Below, in pieces: positions 15,851-25,584 of a DNA stretch of 38,446 nt (position 1 is its first letter; each line of letters begins with the position of its first letter). The position numbers and the translations under genes are program-made. A model generated the notes under the pieces. It worked only from the letters and a program-made list of their open reading frames with translations. It made no database searches and had not been told where the DNA came from. Origin of the DNA: a virus. Its lineage: Duplodnaviria > Caudoviricetes. Location of the stretch: positions 1 to 38,446 of IMG/VR virus record IMGVR_UViG_3300011433_000005; one strand, given 5' to 3'.

Positions 15851-16353
15851 GCCGGCCGTGCCTCGATCGCGACGCGGTACACGTCGAAGGTCCGCTGGAC
15901 CCAGCTCGTGCGGTAGCGTTCCCAGCCTTCCAGCGTGGAGTAGGAGATCACGCGGCGCCGGCAGACGCGGCCGGCGAGGTCGACCGGATCGCTCGACGCT
16001 TCGGCGGCCGCGATCGTGGCCGGGCCGATGACGCCATCCTCGAGGACTTTGAGGGCCGACTGCAAGAACCGGATCGCGGTCTTCACGCCCTGGTTGACGG
16101 CTGCGTCGAACACGACGATCGCCACGGGGAAGGGGAGGTTGCTCCCGCGCACGGCAGTCCAGTAGTCGCGCCAGTAGATCGCGATCGCGTCGTCGCGCGT
16201 GAGCGCCCTGATGTCGAGCGCGGGGTATGCGCGCTTACTGACGCCCCAGTGGGTTTCGCCGCCAACATCGTTCGCGTCGTTGACGTAGCCGCCCTCGGAC
16301 ATGAGGACGCGCTCGACCGCCAGGAGGAAGGCTGCGGGGTAGTTCGGACTCAC
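15847..16353 (-). CDS. Endolysin, glycoside hydrolase family 108
   Basis: EGGYVND..D.GGET.WGVS...FDAAVNQG...LQ..L.V..DG.IGP.T; GTG at 16353 overlaps the holin stop. Confidence 0.9.
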   Translation of the reverse strand: MSPNYPAAFLLAVERVLMSEGGYVNDANDVGGETHWGVSKRAYPALDIRALTRDDAIAIYWRDYWTAVRGSNLPFPVAIVVFDAAVNQGVKTAIRFLQSALKVLEDGVIGPATIAAAEASSDPVDLAGRVCRRRVISYSTLEGWERYRTSWVQRTFDVYRVAIEARPA

Positions 16354-16547
16354 GGCGACGGCTTCCCGCCCGTGCCGGTGAGCGAATGCGAGAACGCCGC
16401 GACGAGGCCGCACGCGCTCGCGACCTTCGCCAGCGCCGCGGCGCCGATCACGGCGGCGATCGCGGGGTCGTTGACGATCGCCAGCACGCCGGACGCGAGC
16501 GCGCCGATCGCGGACACGATGCCAACCCACTTCGGAAAGGGATTCAT
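16350..16547 (-). CDS. Holin candidate
   Basis: 65 aa, two hydrophobic segments, directly before the endolysin. Confidence 0.65.
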   Translation of the reverse strand: MNPFPKWVGIVSAIGALASGVLAIVNDPAIAAVIGAAALAKVASACGLVAAFSHSLTGTGGKPSP

Positions 16548-16918
16548 GTGATGCTCCGGGATGAGGGTTGCCGATCGTCCTCGCGGCGCTGGCGGTTTTT
16601 CTCGCGCTCCCTCTCCCGCTCATCGATGCGCGCAAGGAGCACGTTCACGCCCGCGAGCGTCTGCTCGCTCGCGTCGATGGCCGTGTCGATCTTGTCCAGG
16701 CGGGTGTGCAGCTCGTCCCGTGTCGACGTAATCCGGCGATGGGCGCCGTCGATCCGCCCCTTGAGCGCGAAGTACGTGAGCACCGTCGCGCCAGCCCCCG
16801 CGCCGGCGCTGTGCTCCAGTGCCGAGGTGAGGTCCTCACTAGCGGCCAGCTGGAGCAGCGCAGTCGCGCCGGTGGCGCCCGCGCCGACGATCAGGGCGAT
16901 CAGCTTCACGCGAATCAC
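16544..16918 (-). CDS. Membrane protein with coiled-coil tail (holin/antiholin-like)
   Basis: Two hydrophobic segments, then a charged coiled coil; first gene after the conserved late element; apparently leaderless GTG. Confidence 0.6.
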   Translation of the reverse strand: MIRVKLIALIVGAGATGATALLQLAASEDLTSALEHSAGAGAGATVLTYFALKGRIDGAHRRITSTRDELHTRLDKIDTAIDASEQTLAGVNVLLARIDEREREREKNRQRREDDRQPSSRSIT

Positions 16919-16924
16919 GCGCGG

Positions 16925-17001
16925 AGCATTGCCGAGCGGGCGGGCGCCAGCAACGTCCTTACCCGACTTCTACTTGCGTAATAGAAGTCAGGGCGCGTCA
17001 T
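16925..17001 (-). promoter_or_regulatory. Late promoter element copy 1 (lysis/fibre unit)
   Basis: 16951-17001 is 43/51 identical to 30583-30633; TTGCTG-17-AATGCT ends 6 nt before GTG 16918. Confidence 0.7.
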
Positions 17002-19469
17002 GGCGTGCCGATCTTCACTTTCGTCGAAATAGGCGACGCACCGGCACCGACGAACGTCGCCGACGATCCATCCACGACCGCCACCAGCGTGCCCGCCGCC
17101 ACCGCAACCGCCGCACCGGAGGTGAGGGTCAGCGTCGCGCCGGCGGCAACGGAGATGAAGGCCGGCGGCAGTGCCGCGATCGCCTCGGCCACCGCGTTCG
17201 CGGCCGTCGCGGCTGGCGTCGTCTCGCCGGTCAGGGCCATGTCGGTGAAGAGCGTTCGGCGGTTCGCCAGCGTAAGTCTCGTCGCCGTCGGCTCCTTCAG
17301 GTCGCGCTCCATGCGCAGGAGCCGCACGGTCGGGTCGATCCCATATTCGATGTCCGCCGCGCGCACGTTGCCGCCCCGCGTGAGCTTGAGCCGTGGGTAG
17401 TCTGCTGGGAACGCGCGCTCCAAGTCCCGGACCTCGAGCTCGTAGGAGACCGGAGGCGTGGCGACGAGACGGAGGTCATTGTTGCCGGATTGGAGCAGCG
17501 CCATCGCGTCGCCGAACTCCTGCGGCACGGCCGGGCAGCTCGGGAACGGATAGCACTCGACGGTGTCGAGGTAGCCGTCGACGGTGTTGGACGAGGCGGT
17601 CCCGCCGGCATCCCACTGCACGAGAATGCCGTAGGGCGCCGTGGCGGGGCCGAGGGTCACCCCCTCTATCCGGAGCTCGACCCACGCGCCCGTGACCACC
17701 TTGACCGCGGCGTTGGAGCCATCGCTGGGTTGAATCGTGATGTTGCCGAGCGAGGCGCCCAGGCCGCCCGAAGCGGTGGCCGCGTAGACGGTCAGGATGG
17801 AGTTCAGGTTGCTGGTGTAGGTCGTGAAGTACACCCACGCGCGCACCGAGAGTCGGGTGATGCCCGGCGCCCAGTTCGGCCAGGCCACCGGCGTCGTGAT
17901 GAACACGCTGCTGGCCGCGCTCGGGGTGAACCGATACGAGTAGCCGCCGTATCTCGTGTAGAGCGGGTCACTGTTCCGGCTCACGGCCCCGCCCCCGGTC
18001 TTGACCCAGCCGTCCGGCGGGTTCGCGCCGGTCGTCCACGTGCGCATCCAGCTGTTTGGCATCAGGTTCACGGCGCCACCGCTGCCGTCTCGCGTGAGCT
18101 CCTTGACCTTGATGCCGTACCCGGTCGGGTCCGCCGCGGCGTAGGTCGGGTGATCGATGTACGCGGGGAGCTCGCCCGCCCCGTCGAGCTGAATGAACTC
18201 CACGAAGTGCGCCGTGGTCACGCCCGCTATACTGGCGACGGTGAGCACGTCCGAGGCTGCGACGGACGCGCTCACACGCGTGGTGAGGATGACGGAGCCG
18301 CCCGAGGAGGCGTCCCAGACCCGCGCGTACCAATCGACGTACTGGTTGTCGGCGCTGATCGGGTTCGAGGCTCCGCAGGTGATCGTCCCGCCGCCCACCG
18401 CGCTGATGGCGTAGCGCGTGGTCGTCGTGCGCGTGTTCGACAGGGGTTCCGTAAGCCGGAACTCGAAGTCCTCGTCCGCGGCGATCGTGGAAATCGCGTC
18501 GAGCGTGACCACGCCCGTCGCCGCCACGGAGTCGGAGACGAGGAACGTGCGCCCGGTCTTGACCCGGAGGAGGACGTTGCCCACCCACTGATCATCGAAC
18601 CCGATCGGAGAGTTGCCCCCGTTCCGGTCGGTGAGGGCGATCGTGTTCCCGCTCGGCGCCGCTCCCCTCCAGCGCGACCGGCCGAGGATGCCCGGCAGGG
18701 TGTCCGGCGCCGGCGCGCCCTTCACGAGGATCCGCGTGGCCTGGAGCGTGGGATCCGTGCGCCGCTTGAGTGAGGCCAGTGAGGCTCTCGGATGGAAGAC
18801 CGGCGTCGTCGCGCTCGAGCCGATCTGTGCCACGAGGTCGAGCTGATAGTCGGTCGTCCCGTTCCGCCGGAGGTCGAGCTCGCAGGTCACGTCCATGCGG
18901 CGGAGCGCGTCCCGCACGGCCAGCGCGAGCGCCCAGGGCGTCAGGCGACTCACGATGAGCGACGGGATCACGATCGACGGCGTGACGGTGCCCGCCGTGA
19001 CGTGGCTCGGGCAGGCCGGGAGGATGTACGTGCTCCAGATCTCAGCCGCCGTCTTCTCGCTGATCGTGAAGTCGAAGACCCGCACGCCGTTCACGAGCGA
19101 GGAGACCCAGCCCTTCCCGGAGCTGGAATCGGCGCGGTCGGCCAAGTCGAGCGCGAGCGGAACGCCGTGCACGGTGATGAGGCCACCTTGACCCCGTCCA
19201 TCTTCCACGGGGCCGACGCGCCATTCGTCGATCGTGGCGTCATTCCAGACTTCCGTGAGAACGCGGCCGCTTCGCATCTGTGCCGTGATCGCGCGCACCG
19301 CGCCGGACGCGTCGACACGCGGATAGCGAAGGAGGAGCGACTCCTCGTCTTCGACGGCGCGGATGTCAACACCGTCCGAGAAGTCTCCCGGGCGCAGCAC
19401 TCCGTAGACGGTGGGGCTCGCTTGGCAGGCGAGCTTGTCGGTGAGCTTGATGTAGGAGAGCGACGGCAT
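16998..19469 (-). CDS. Tail tip/central tail protein with an internal duplicated domain and a carbohydrate-binding-like module
   Basis: ATG 19469 (TAATG overlap); position after TMP and distal tail genes; NLMPNS..W...PPDGW...YLDTV CBM-like segment; GGNVR..D...D.TVRLLRMERDL C-terminal tail motif. Confidence 0.7.
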   Translation of the reverse strand: MPSLSYIKLTDKLACQASPTVYGVLRPGDFSDGVDIRAVEDEESLLLRYPRVDASGAVRAITAQMRSGRVLTEVWNDATIDEWRVGPVEDGRGQGGLITVHGVPLALDLADRADSSSGKGWVSSLVNGVRVFDFTISEKTAAEIWSTYILPACPSHVTAGTVTPSIVIPSLIVSRLTPWALALAVRDALRRMDVTCELDLRRNGTTDYQLDLVAQIGSSATTPVFHPRASLASLKRRTDPTLQATRILVKGAPAPDTLPGILGRSRWRGAAPSGNTIALTDRNGGNSPIGFDDQWVGNVLLRVKTGRTFLVSDSVAATGVVTLDAISTIAADEDFEFRLTEPLSNTRTTTTRYAISAVGGGTITCGASNPISADNQYVDWYARVWDASSGGSVILTTRVSASVAASDVLTVASIAGVTTAHFVEFIQLDGAGELPAYIDHPTYAAADPTGYGIKVKELTRDGSGGAVNLMPNSWMRTWTTGANPPDGWVKTGGGAVSRNSDPLYTRYGGYSYRFTPSAASSVFITTPVAWPNWAPGITRLSVRAWVYFTTYTSNLNSILTVYAATASGGLGASLGNITIQPSDGSNAAVKVVTGAWVELRIEGVTLGPATAPYGILVQWDAGGTASSNTVDGYLDTVECYPFPSCPAVPQEFGDAMALLQSGNNDLRLVATPPVSYELEVRDLERAFPADYPRLKLTRGGNVRAADIEYGIDPTVRLLRMERDLKEPTATRLTLANRRTLFTDMALTGETTPAATAANAVAEAIAALPPAFISVAAGATLTLTSGAAVAVAAGTLVAVVDGSSATFVGAGASPISTKVKIGTP

Positions 19470-19552
19470 TACCGCGTCATCACGCAGCGGCCATCGACGA
19501 GCGCGACCACCACGCACACGAAGAGCAGGGTCGAGCGCCGCGCCGCCGTCAT
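19469..19552 (-). CDS. 27-aa hydrophobic coupling peptide
   Basis: MTAARRSTLLFVCVVVALVDGRCVMTR; ATGA overlap upstream and TAATG overlap downstream. Confidence 0.5.
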   Translation of the reverse strand: MTAARRSTLLFVCVVVALVDGRCVMTR

Positions 19553-20283
19553 CCGGCCTGCATGAAGGCGGCGGTCTGCGCGCCAGGGATGTCGCGCACC
19601 ACAAAGAAGGTGCCGGAGTTCGAGGTGCCACCGTAGGCCGCGCCGAACGTGACGCGGGCAGCGTTCCAGACTGCGGCTGGTGCGTTGGCCGCGGTGGCAG
19701 AGCCGACAACCTCCGCGCTCGCGTTCTGCGTGACCGCCAGCGTGACCGACCCGTTCGCCGCGAACGACACCCGGAGCCGGATGTGATCGCCGGCGACCAC
19801 GGTGCAGGTCACCGTCGCGGTGACCGTCGCGGAGCCGTTGTAGTGCACCGCGTCGTACCCGCCGGCCGCGCGCCGGATGGTGAGGTAGGCTCCGGCCGAT
19901 CCCGAGTTACCAACCTCGATGATCCTCGTCCCGTTGTTCGCCCCGGTGGCGAGGAAATCGGTGACGTCGATCCAGAGCGTGCGGAGCGCCGGCGTCGCAT
20001 TGTAGGCGAAGTACAGCGAGGAGTTGCCATCGAGAAACAGCCCTGCCGTCTCGCGCACGCCGTCGGCGTTGAGGTCCTCCCAGTCGAACGCAGGCTGGGC
20101 GTAGGCGTGCGCGAATATCCCCCCGGCGGCGTCGTTACCGCCTGAAGCCGCGTTCCGCGTGAATGTCGCTGTCTCCCCGGTGATGGCCGCGAGCGCCTGA
20201 TCGGACTGCTCGAGACAGAAGCGCGCGAGCCAGTCGAACCCGAACCGTGAGCGACGCACCGCTCGAGGAAGCGCGGTCGTCAC
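19549..20283 (-). CDS. Minor tail protein (lectin-like beta sandwich)
   Basis: GTG at 20283 overlaps the distal tail gene stop; ATFTRNA...GLFLDG motif of tail/fibre proteins. Confidence 0.65.
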   Translation of the reverse strand: MTTALPRAVRRSRFGFDWLARFCLEQSDQALAAITGETATFTRNAASGGNDAAGGIFAHAYAQPAFDWEDLNADGVRETAGLFLDGNSSLYFAYNATPALRTLWIDVTDFLATGANNGTRIIEVGNSGSAGAYLTIRRAAGGYDAVHYNGSATVTATVTCTVVAGDHIRLRVSFAANGSVTLAVTQNASAEVVGSATAANAPAAVWNAARVTFGAAYGGTSNSGTFFVVRDIPGAQTAAFMQAG

Positions 20284-21098
20284 AGATACCTCCGCCAGTA
20301 CATGATCGCCCCGACTGCGGCGCCGGCACTGGAGGAGAGCTCGACCGTCGGCCAGGCGGCCTGCTCGAACCATGCATCGGCGGGCCGCAGCAGGACGAAG
20401 TCCCCCGCGGTCCAGAGCGATATCCCGTCCGACGCGGTTCCGGCGATCGACTTGGTGATGCTCGCGCGCGCCGAATCGACGCGCCAGAAATCATTCTGTG
20501 CGATGGATCCCGTACAGGTCATCGTCTGCACGATGGCCCCGACAGCGTTCCGGATGGTGATCACCGGATTCACGACGGCGGTCGCGGAGCCGCCGGTGCT
20601 GAGGATGATGACCGGCGCGCTCGGCGCCGTCCCGAGTGGGCATCGCACACGGGCGGTCGTGAGTGCGTAGCCGTCCGGATTGATGCGATAGCGCAGCGGA
20701 TCATCGAGCAGAAACTCGATGACGATGTTCCTGGCCACGCCGTTCAGGGCGCCGCGCGGCGTCACCGAGAAGGCGCGCATTCGGGCGTTCCTGAACTCCT
20801 GATCCGTGCGATCGCCGAACCGAATCCGGACCGCGCCATCCGCGCAGAGGGCCTTCAGGTTGTCCTCGGCGGCGATCAGAAGCGCGTTCGTGGCCGCGCT
20901 CAGGAACCCGCCCACGGGCAGTGCCCGGGGCGTGACGACCGTCTCCTCGCCAGCCCAGAGGACGCCCGGGAACCCCACCACGGGGACCGACACGTCGGAC
21001 AGCGCGGGGCTGTCCGCGTGGCCCCGGGTGTTCTCGTTCAGGCCGAAGCCGTAGTCCGAGAGGTCGATGTCGTTCACGAAGACTTGGGCGGCGCTCAT
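20280..21098 (-). CDS. Distal tail (Dit-like) protein
   Basis: Immediately after TMP; VFVNDIDLSDYG...PR.L...G...IEFLLDDPLRY pattern. Confidence 0.7.
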   Translation of the reverse strand: MSAAQVFVNDIDLSDYGFGLNENTRGHADSPALSDVSVPVVGFPGVLWAGEETVVTPRALPVGGFLSAATNALLIAAEDNLKALCADGAVRIRFGDRTDQEFRNARMRAFSVTPRGALNGVARNIVIEFLLDDPLRYRINPDGYALTTARVRCPLGTAPSAPVIILSTGGSATAVVNPVITIRNAVGAIVQTMTCTGSIAQNDFWRVDSARASITKSIAGTASDGISLWTAGDFVLLRPADAWFEQAAWPTVELSSSAGAAVGAIMYWRRYL

Positions 21099-21102
21099 TG
21101 AC

Positions 21103-23838
21103 TCAACTCCGCCCCACCACGCCACGGAACAGCGCGGAGAGGAGGCTCCGCTGACCGAACCGGATGTCGATCTCGCGGATGAGCTCGTCGAGCAGTTGCG
21201 TGGCCGCGCCACGATCGGCGCCGGCCCCCACGTGGACCGGACCGATCTGGCCGATGTGGACCGAGCCGACGTTCGCGCCGGCGCCGACGCTGCCGGGTGA
21301 GCCCCGGTCGATGCCGCGCCCGCGATCGCCCCACACGTCGACGAGCCGCACGAGACTCACCGCGCTCGATTCCGAGGCCCGGCGGATCGAGAGCAGGTGG
21401 TCCACCATGTAGTCGCCCTGGACGGTCGTCAGAGCAGTGAAGGCGGCCACGCTGGCGGAAGTGCCGCCGAGTCCGCTCGCGCTGACAAGCCCCGGCAGGT
21501 CCACCGGCCCGACCAGCGTGCGCGACTTGTCCGACATGCCCTTGCCCTGGTTCCCCAGGTCGAATGTCAGGGGGTCCTTCACCGCGATCTGAGCGGCCAA
21601 CCACGCCGCGTACTCCATTTGCTGGATCGTGCGGAGCCACGCGAGTTCCGCATCGCTCCACCCCGCCGCGACAGCCTGGTCGTATTCGCGACGATTCTTC
21701 TCCTGCAGCGCCCACTCGTCGGCCTCGCGGTCCATGCCCTGCGACCGCAGGCGGCGCACTTCGAGGTCGTTCATGTCGTCCACGCGCCGCATCTGCGCGC
21801 GCTGTTCGGTGAGCCGCTTCTCGGCTGCCGCGGCTTCATCGGCAGCCTTCGCGGCGTCCCTGATCGCCTGGACGTGGCGCTCGTAGGCCTCTCTCGTCGC
21901 GGCAATCGCCGCCTGTCGCTCCGCCTCACGGTTGACGGCCGTGCGGGGGGGGTCCGCGCCCAGGTCCTTCATGGCCATACGGAACTTTCGCGTCTCCTCG
22001 TCGATCTGGTCCTGCACGCTGTTCGTGGATGCGTAGGCCTTCGCTCGCGCGATGGCCGACTCGAGGAGCCGGTGCTGCTCCATGAGCGCCTCGCTCGCCG
22101 CGTTCCCCGCCGCGACGATGGCCGTCCCGACGGCGGCGAACGCGCCCACGATCACGCCGGCCACGCCGAGCGCCGAGGCCGATGCGGTGATGCCCCACCC
22201 GCCGCTCCCGCCGGCGAGAGCTTCTTCCCGCGTGAAGATGGAGCCGAGCTTGCTGGCCGCCGCCTTTGCGACCATGTCGCCGATCGCGCTGGTGAAGAGC
22301 GACTTGAGGGAATCGAAGAAACTGCGCCACGAGCCAAGCCCGTGCGCGAGCATGTTCGCGACGCCGGCCGAGAACGTCTCCTGGAACTGACGGAGGAAGT
22401 TCTTCCGGATCTGCTCCTCCTCTTTCTGCTCGTCCGTCAGCCCCTTCAGCTGCGCGGCGTTCCGCTTGCGGACCTCCTCGAGCTCGGCGTCCGTGAACTT
22501 CTTGCCAGCGGCGATCCTGGCGGCGAGCTCCTTTTCCAGCGCGTCGCTGACGCCCGGCGCAGTTCCAGCGGTGATGTTCGGCATCGCCCGCCCGCCCCAC
22601 TGCGTCGAGCCGAACAGCGGGAGATTCCCGGCGAGCAGGGCGGCGAGCTGCTTTTTCAGGCGAAGCTCTTGCTCCACCGCCGCGTTCAGGGCATCGGTCG
22701 CCTCCTTCTCCTTCTGCTTCGCTCTCGCGTACTCGAGCGTGAGCTTGTAGAGCTTCTCCTGTTCGGCAATCGTCTGCGGGAGCGGCGCACGTGCGCCGCC
22801 GGCGGCGGCGTAGCTGTCCGATGTGACACTGAACGACGTAATGCCCCCCTTTCCGGTCGGGGTCGTCGGCATGGCGAAACCACCGGGCCCGAATCGCCCG
22901 ATGTTGCCCATGATCTGGCCCCAGTTCCTACCGACAAGGAGATCGAGCGCGTTGTTCAGTATCTGGAGCCCCGCATTGGCGAGTGGCAGCAGCTTCGTAC
23001 CAATGTCCGCTAGGACCGCACTGAGTCGGTTCTTGAGCACTCCCGTGGCTCGCTCGGCGCTCCCCTGCACGAACGCCGCCTTCTCGTGCATCCGCTGCAG
23101 CGCATCGCCGCCGATCGTCGCCTCCTTGGCGAGCTGTCGAATGCCGGAGGCGTCGAGGCTCGCGAGAAAAGCCCCGGCCTGCTTGGCGTTCATGCCGCGA
23201 TCGAGGAGCGCGACGAGGGCTCGCGTGGTCGTCTCCGCATCGACGCCGAGCTTCGCCACGACCGGCGCCGCACGCTGAAACCCCGCGAACAGGCTCTCGA
23301 CGTCCGTCCGGCCGCTCGCGGCCGACACGATCCCGGCGAGCGCCTGTTCGGCCTGCGCTGCCGAGAGGCTGAACGTGTCCATGACCTGATCGAGGCCCTG
23401 CACCGTCTCCCGGAGGTCGGCGCCCGTGGCGTCGGCGAACGTGACGGCCGCCCGGAGCCGGGCCTGCACCTCCTGCGGGCCCGAGACCCCGAGCCGTGCG
23501 ATCTCGACTGCCGCCGCGCGAATGTCCTCCGTGGACCGCCCGGAGGCTTCGGCCACTGCGTCGATCGTCTTGCTGAGCTCGCGGAGGCCCGCCACGCCGG
23601 TCGGGAGCGAGGCGGCGATCTGGCGCATCGCCTTGTCGACCGCGGTCCCGAGATCGAGGATGTCCTTGATGATGACCGAGAGCGAGAACCCGGCGAGAGA
23701 GCCCAGGGCCATCTTCCAGATGTTGCCGAAGTCGAAGAGCTTGCCCTTGAGCTGGCTGAGCCCGTTCTCGATGCGCTTGAGCTCGGCGCTCGCGGCATCC
23801 TTCGCCTTGATCGTAAAGGAGACGTCTTTCGGGGCCAT
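21103..23838 (-). CDS. Tape measure protein (TP901-like N-terminal domain)
   Basis: 911 aa, helical and Ala-rich, begins DVSFTIKAKDAAS; follows the tail chaperones. Confidence 0.88.
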   Translation of the reverse strand: MAPKDVSFTIKAKDAASAELKRIENGLSQLKGKLFDFGNIWKMALGSLAGFSLSVIIKDILDLGTAVDKAMRQIAASLPTGVAGLRELSKTIDAVAEASGRSTEDIRAAAVEIARLGVSGPQEVQARLRAAVTFADATGADLRETVQGLDQVMDTFSLSAAQAEQALAGIVSAASGRTDVESLFAGFQRAAPVVAKLGVDAETTTRALVALLDRGMNAKQAGAFLASLDASGIRQLAKEATIGGDALQRMHEKAAFVQGSAERATGVLKNRLSAVLADIGTKLLPLANAGLQILNNALDLLVGRNWGQIMGNIGRFGPGGFAMPTTPTGKGGITSFSVTSDSYAAAGGARAPLPQTIAEQEKLYKLTLEYARAKQKEKEATDALNAAVEQELRLKKQLAALLAGNLPLFGSTQWGGRAMPNITAGTAPGVSDALEKELAARIAAGKKFTDAELEEVRKRNAAQLKGLTDEQKEEEQIRKNFLRQFQETFSAGVANMLAHGLGSWRSFFDSLKSLFTSAIGDMVAKAAASKLGSIFTREEALAGGSGGWGITASASALGVAGVIVGAFAAVGTAIVAAGNAASEALMEQHRLLESAIARAKAYASTNSVQDQIDEETRKFRMAMKDLGADPPRTAVNREAERQAAIAATREAYERHVQAIRDAAKAADEAAAAEKRLTEQRAQMRRVDDMNDLEVRRLRSQGMDREADEWALQEKNRREYDQAVAAGWSDAELAWLRTIQQMEYAAWLAAQIAVKDPLTFDLGNQGKGMSDKSRTLVGPVDLPGLVSASGLGGTSASVAAFTALTTVQGDYMVDHLLSIRRASESSAVSLVRLVDVWGDRGRGIDRGSPGSVGAGANVGSVHIGQIGPVHVGAGADRGAATQLLDELIREIDIRFGQRSLLSALFRGVVGRS

Positions 23839-23844
23839 CAGTCG

Positions 23845-24488
23845 CTATCCTTTCGCCGGCGGCAGCGCCTCGTCGAGCGCATCCCCTCGCGCCTTGGCGC
23901 CATCGGCCCCGTCCGCGAACGCGAGTCCGATCGCGCGCGCGGTCGCGAGCGTGTCCATGGCGCTCCGCATCTCCAGCGCCCGCCAGTAGGCCCAGCAGAC
24001 CGTGAAGGGCACGCACCCGTCGTCCGTGCCCCAGCGGCCCGGCGCGTGCGCCCAGGCGCCGCCGTAGACCTGCTCACACTGGACGAAGGCGAGCTCGAGG
24101 CTGACGAGGCGCGCGGCATCGCTCAGCCCGTCGGGGCTGGTGTTATCGCGGGCGAGCTGGTCCCAGGGGTCTGGGGGATCTTGGTCGGGAGGGGCGACGT
24201 CGGCTTGCCCTCCAGGTGGCCGAAAAAATCCGCGAGGGCCTCGCGCTGGGCCGCTGGTTCGAGTCGGAGCAGCAGCTGCACCGGATCCCCGAACCACCAG
24301 TAGCTGGGCCGCCACGGGAACGCCCGACGGAGGAGCGCGCGCAACGCGCGTTCCGGCGAGCGGCCGCGCACCGCCGCGTGGAACGCGAGCACGGCCGGCG
24401 TCGACACCGGTTGGGCGACGAAGCGCCGCCCATCGACCACGAACTCCCATGGGCGATGGGCGGCGCGGAAGTCGTCCGCGTTGAACAC
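23845..24488 (-). CDS. Tail assembly chaperone GT, made by -1 frameshift at 24222-24228
   Basis: Slippery heptamer T TTT TTC in ADFF; the -1 frame stays open to TAG at 23845 just before TMP. Confidence 0.75.
24123..24488 (-). CDS. Tail assembly chaperone G
   Basis: Between tail tube and TMP; contains the slippery site. Confidence 0.75.
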   Translation of the reverse strand: MFNADDFRAAHRPWEFVVDGRRFVAQPVSTPAVLAFHAAVRGRSPERALRALLRRAFPWRPSYWWFGDPVQLLLRLEPAAQREALADFFGHLEGKPTSPLPTKIPQTPGTSSPAITPAPTG

Positions 24489-24494
24489 GGAGGA

Positions 24495-25529
24495 CTAGGC
24501 GAAGACGATGTTGACGTCGTCCGCCGAGACTGCCGTGGAGTTGTAGGCGCGAATCGTCAGCTCCACCGTCGCGATCGGGCCGTTGTTCATCGGCTTGACG
24601 TCGATGATCTGCGCCTGCGGGAAGTTGATCACGTACTTGTTGTACTGCGTGCTGCCGAACTGGAGCGCGACGGCGAGGTTCTGCGCCGAGTCCCGGAGGT
24701 TGTACGGATCGAACGCGGCCGCCGCGGTGAACGGTGTGGCGGTGAGTGCGGTCGCCTCGAGCACAACTTTCAGCTCCGGCCGGCGCGCACCGGGGACGAA
24801 GCCGAGGTGCGCGGCGGCGCCCGAGAGGGCGACGCGCGGGGTGAGCTCTCGGTTCAGGGCAAGGCTGCCCGACATCACCACCGCGTTCGCGTTCGTGAAG
24901 TTGCCGAGCGTGAAGCTGATGGCCGAGGCGAGCGGAGGCGACACCGACTGGAGCGGGTACGTGATGACCGGGGCGGCCACGTCCGTCGGCAGCGCCGAGA
25001 CGATGCCCTGCTGCGCGAACATCCAGATCGGCGGCTTCGGGTCGGCGAAGTCGACCTGGAGGTCGGAGAGGATGCCGACGACCGGCCACTTCTCCCCGCG
25101 CGTGTAGAGCTCCTCGGTGAGCGACGTGTATGTCGAGCCTGGCGCCGTCGGGTTGTATGTCCAGGACTCCGCGCCCGTCGACGTGGAGAGCGTGCCGTCG
25201 AAACCCGCGGCCTTGAGCAGCCGGTGGATGCTCGACACCACCGAGGCGCTGTAGGCCGCACCGCCGGGGCGGCAGCGCGTCGGCAGACTGCCCCGGATGG
25301 AGCGTCCCGCGGGACCCACGCGCTTCACCGTGCCCAGGTTGCCGACCGAGGGCCCGAGGTCGCCGTCGAAGCTGTAGTCGATCTCGAACGGCGCGGCGAC
25401 GTTCTTGTCCGGGTACTGGAGTTGGACCCCGTCCGCCGTGGTCGTGAGCGCGACCGCCGTGCCGTAGGTCGCCTCTTCCTTGGCCAGCAGGCCGAGGACG
25501 TGGAGGAGTTTCGCGGGAGCGCCGGCCAT
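24495..25529 (-). CDS. Major tail tube protein
   Basis: LLAKEEATYGT N-terminus, RLLKAAGF, beta-rich; GAGGAG RBS; upstream of chaperones and TMP; no sheath gene. Confidence 0.8.
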   Translation of the reverse strand: MAGAPAKLLHVLGLLAKEEATYGTAVALTTTADGVQLQYPDKNVAAPFEIDYSFDGDLGPSVGNLGTVKRVGPAGRSIRGSLPTRCRPGGAAYSASVVSSIHRLLKAAGFDGTLSTSTGAESWTYNPTAPGSTYTSLTEELYTRGEKWPVVGILSDLQVDFADPKPPIWMFAQQGIVSALPTDVAAPVITYPLQSVSPPLASAISFTLGNFTNANAVVMSGSLALNRELTPRVALSGAAAHLGFVPGARRPELKVVLEATALTATPFTAAAAFDPYNLRDSAQNLAVALQFGSTQYNKYVINFPQAQIIDVKPMNNGPIATVELTIRAYNSTAVSADDVNIVFA

Positions 25530-25584
25530 GAGAGTTACTCCTCACCCGCGCGAGCGGGCACGGTGGAAGAAGAGGGAGAGGCGG

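Noticed and set aside
16386-18773. Long plus-strand ORFs (also 26317..28320, 28415..29965, 24216..25730, 21397..23013)
   Set aside because: Antisense shadows of well-supported minus-strand genes in high-GC DNA; Arg/Gly-rich with no motifs
23845-25545. 566-aa minus-strand ORF as one gene
   Set aside because: Most of it overlaps the tail tube gene out of frame; only the last part is the frameshifted chaperone extension
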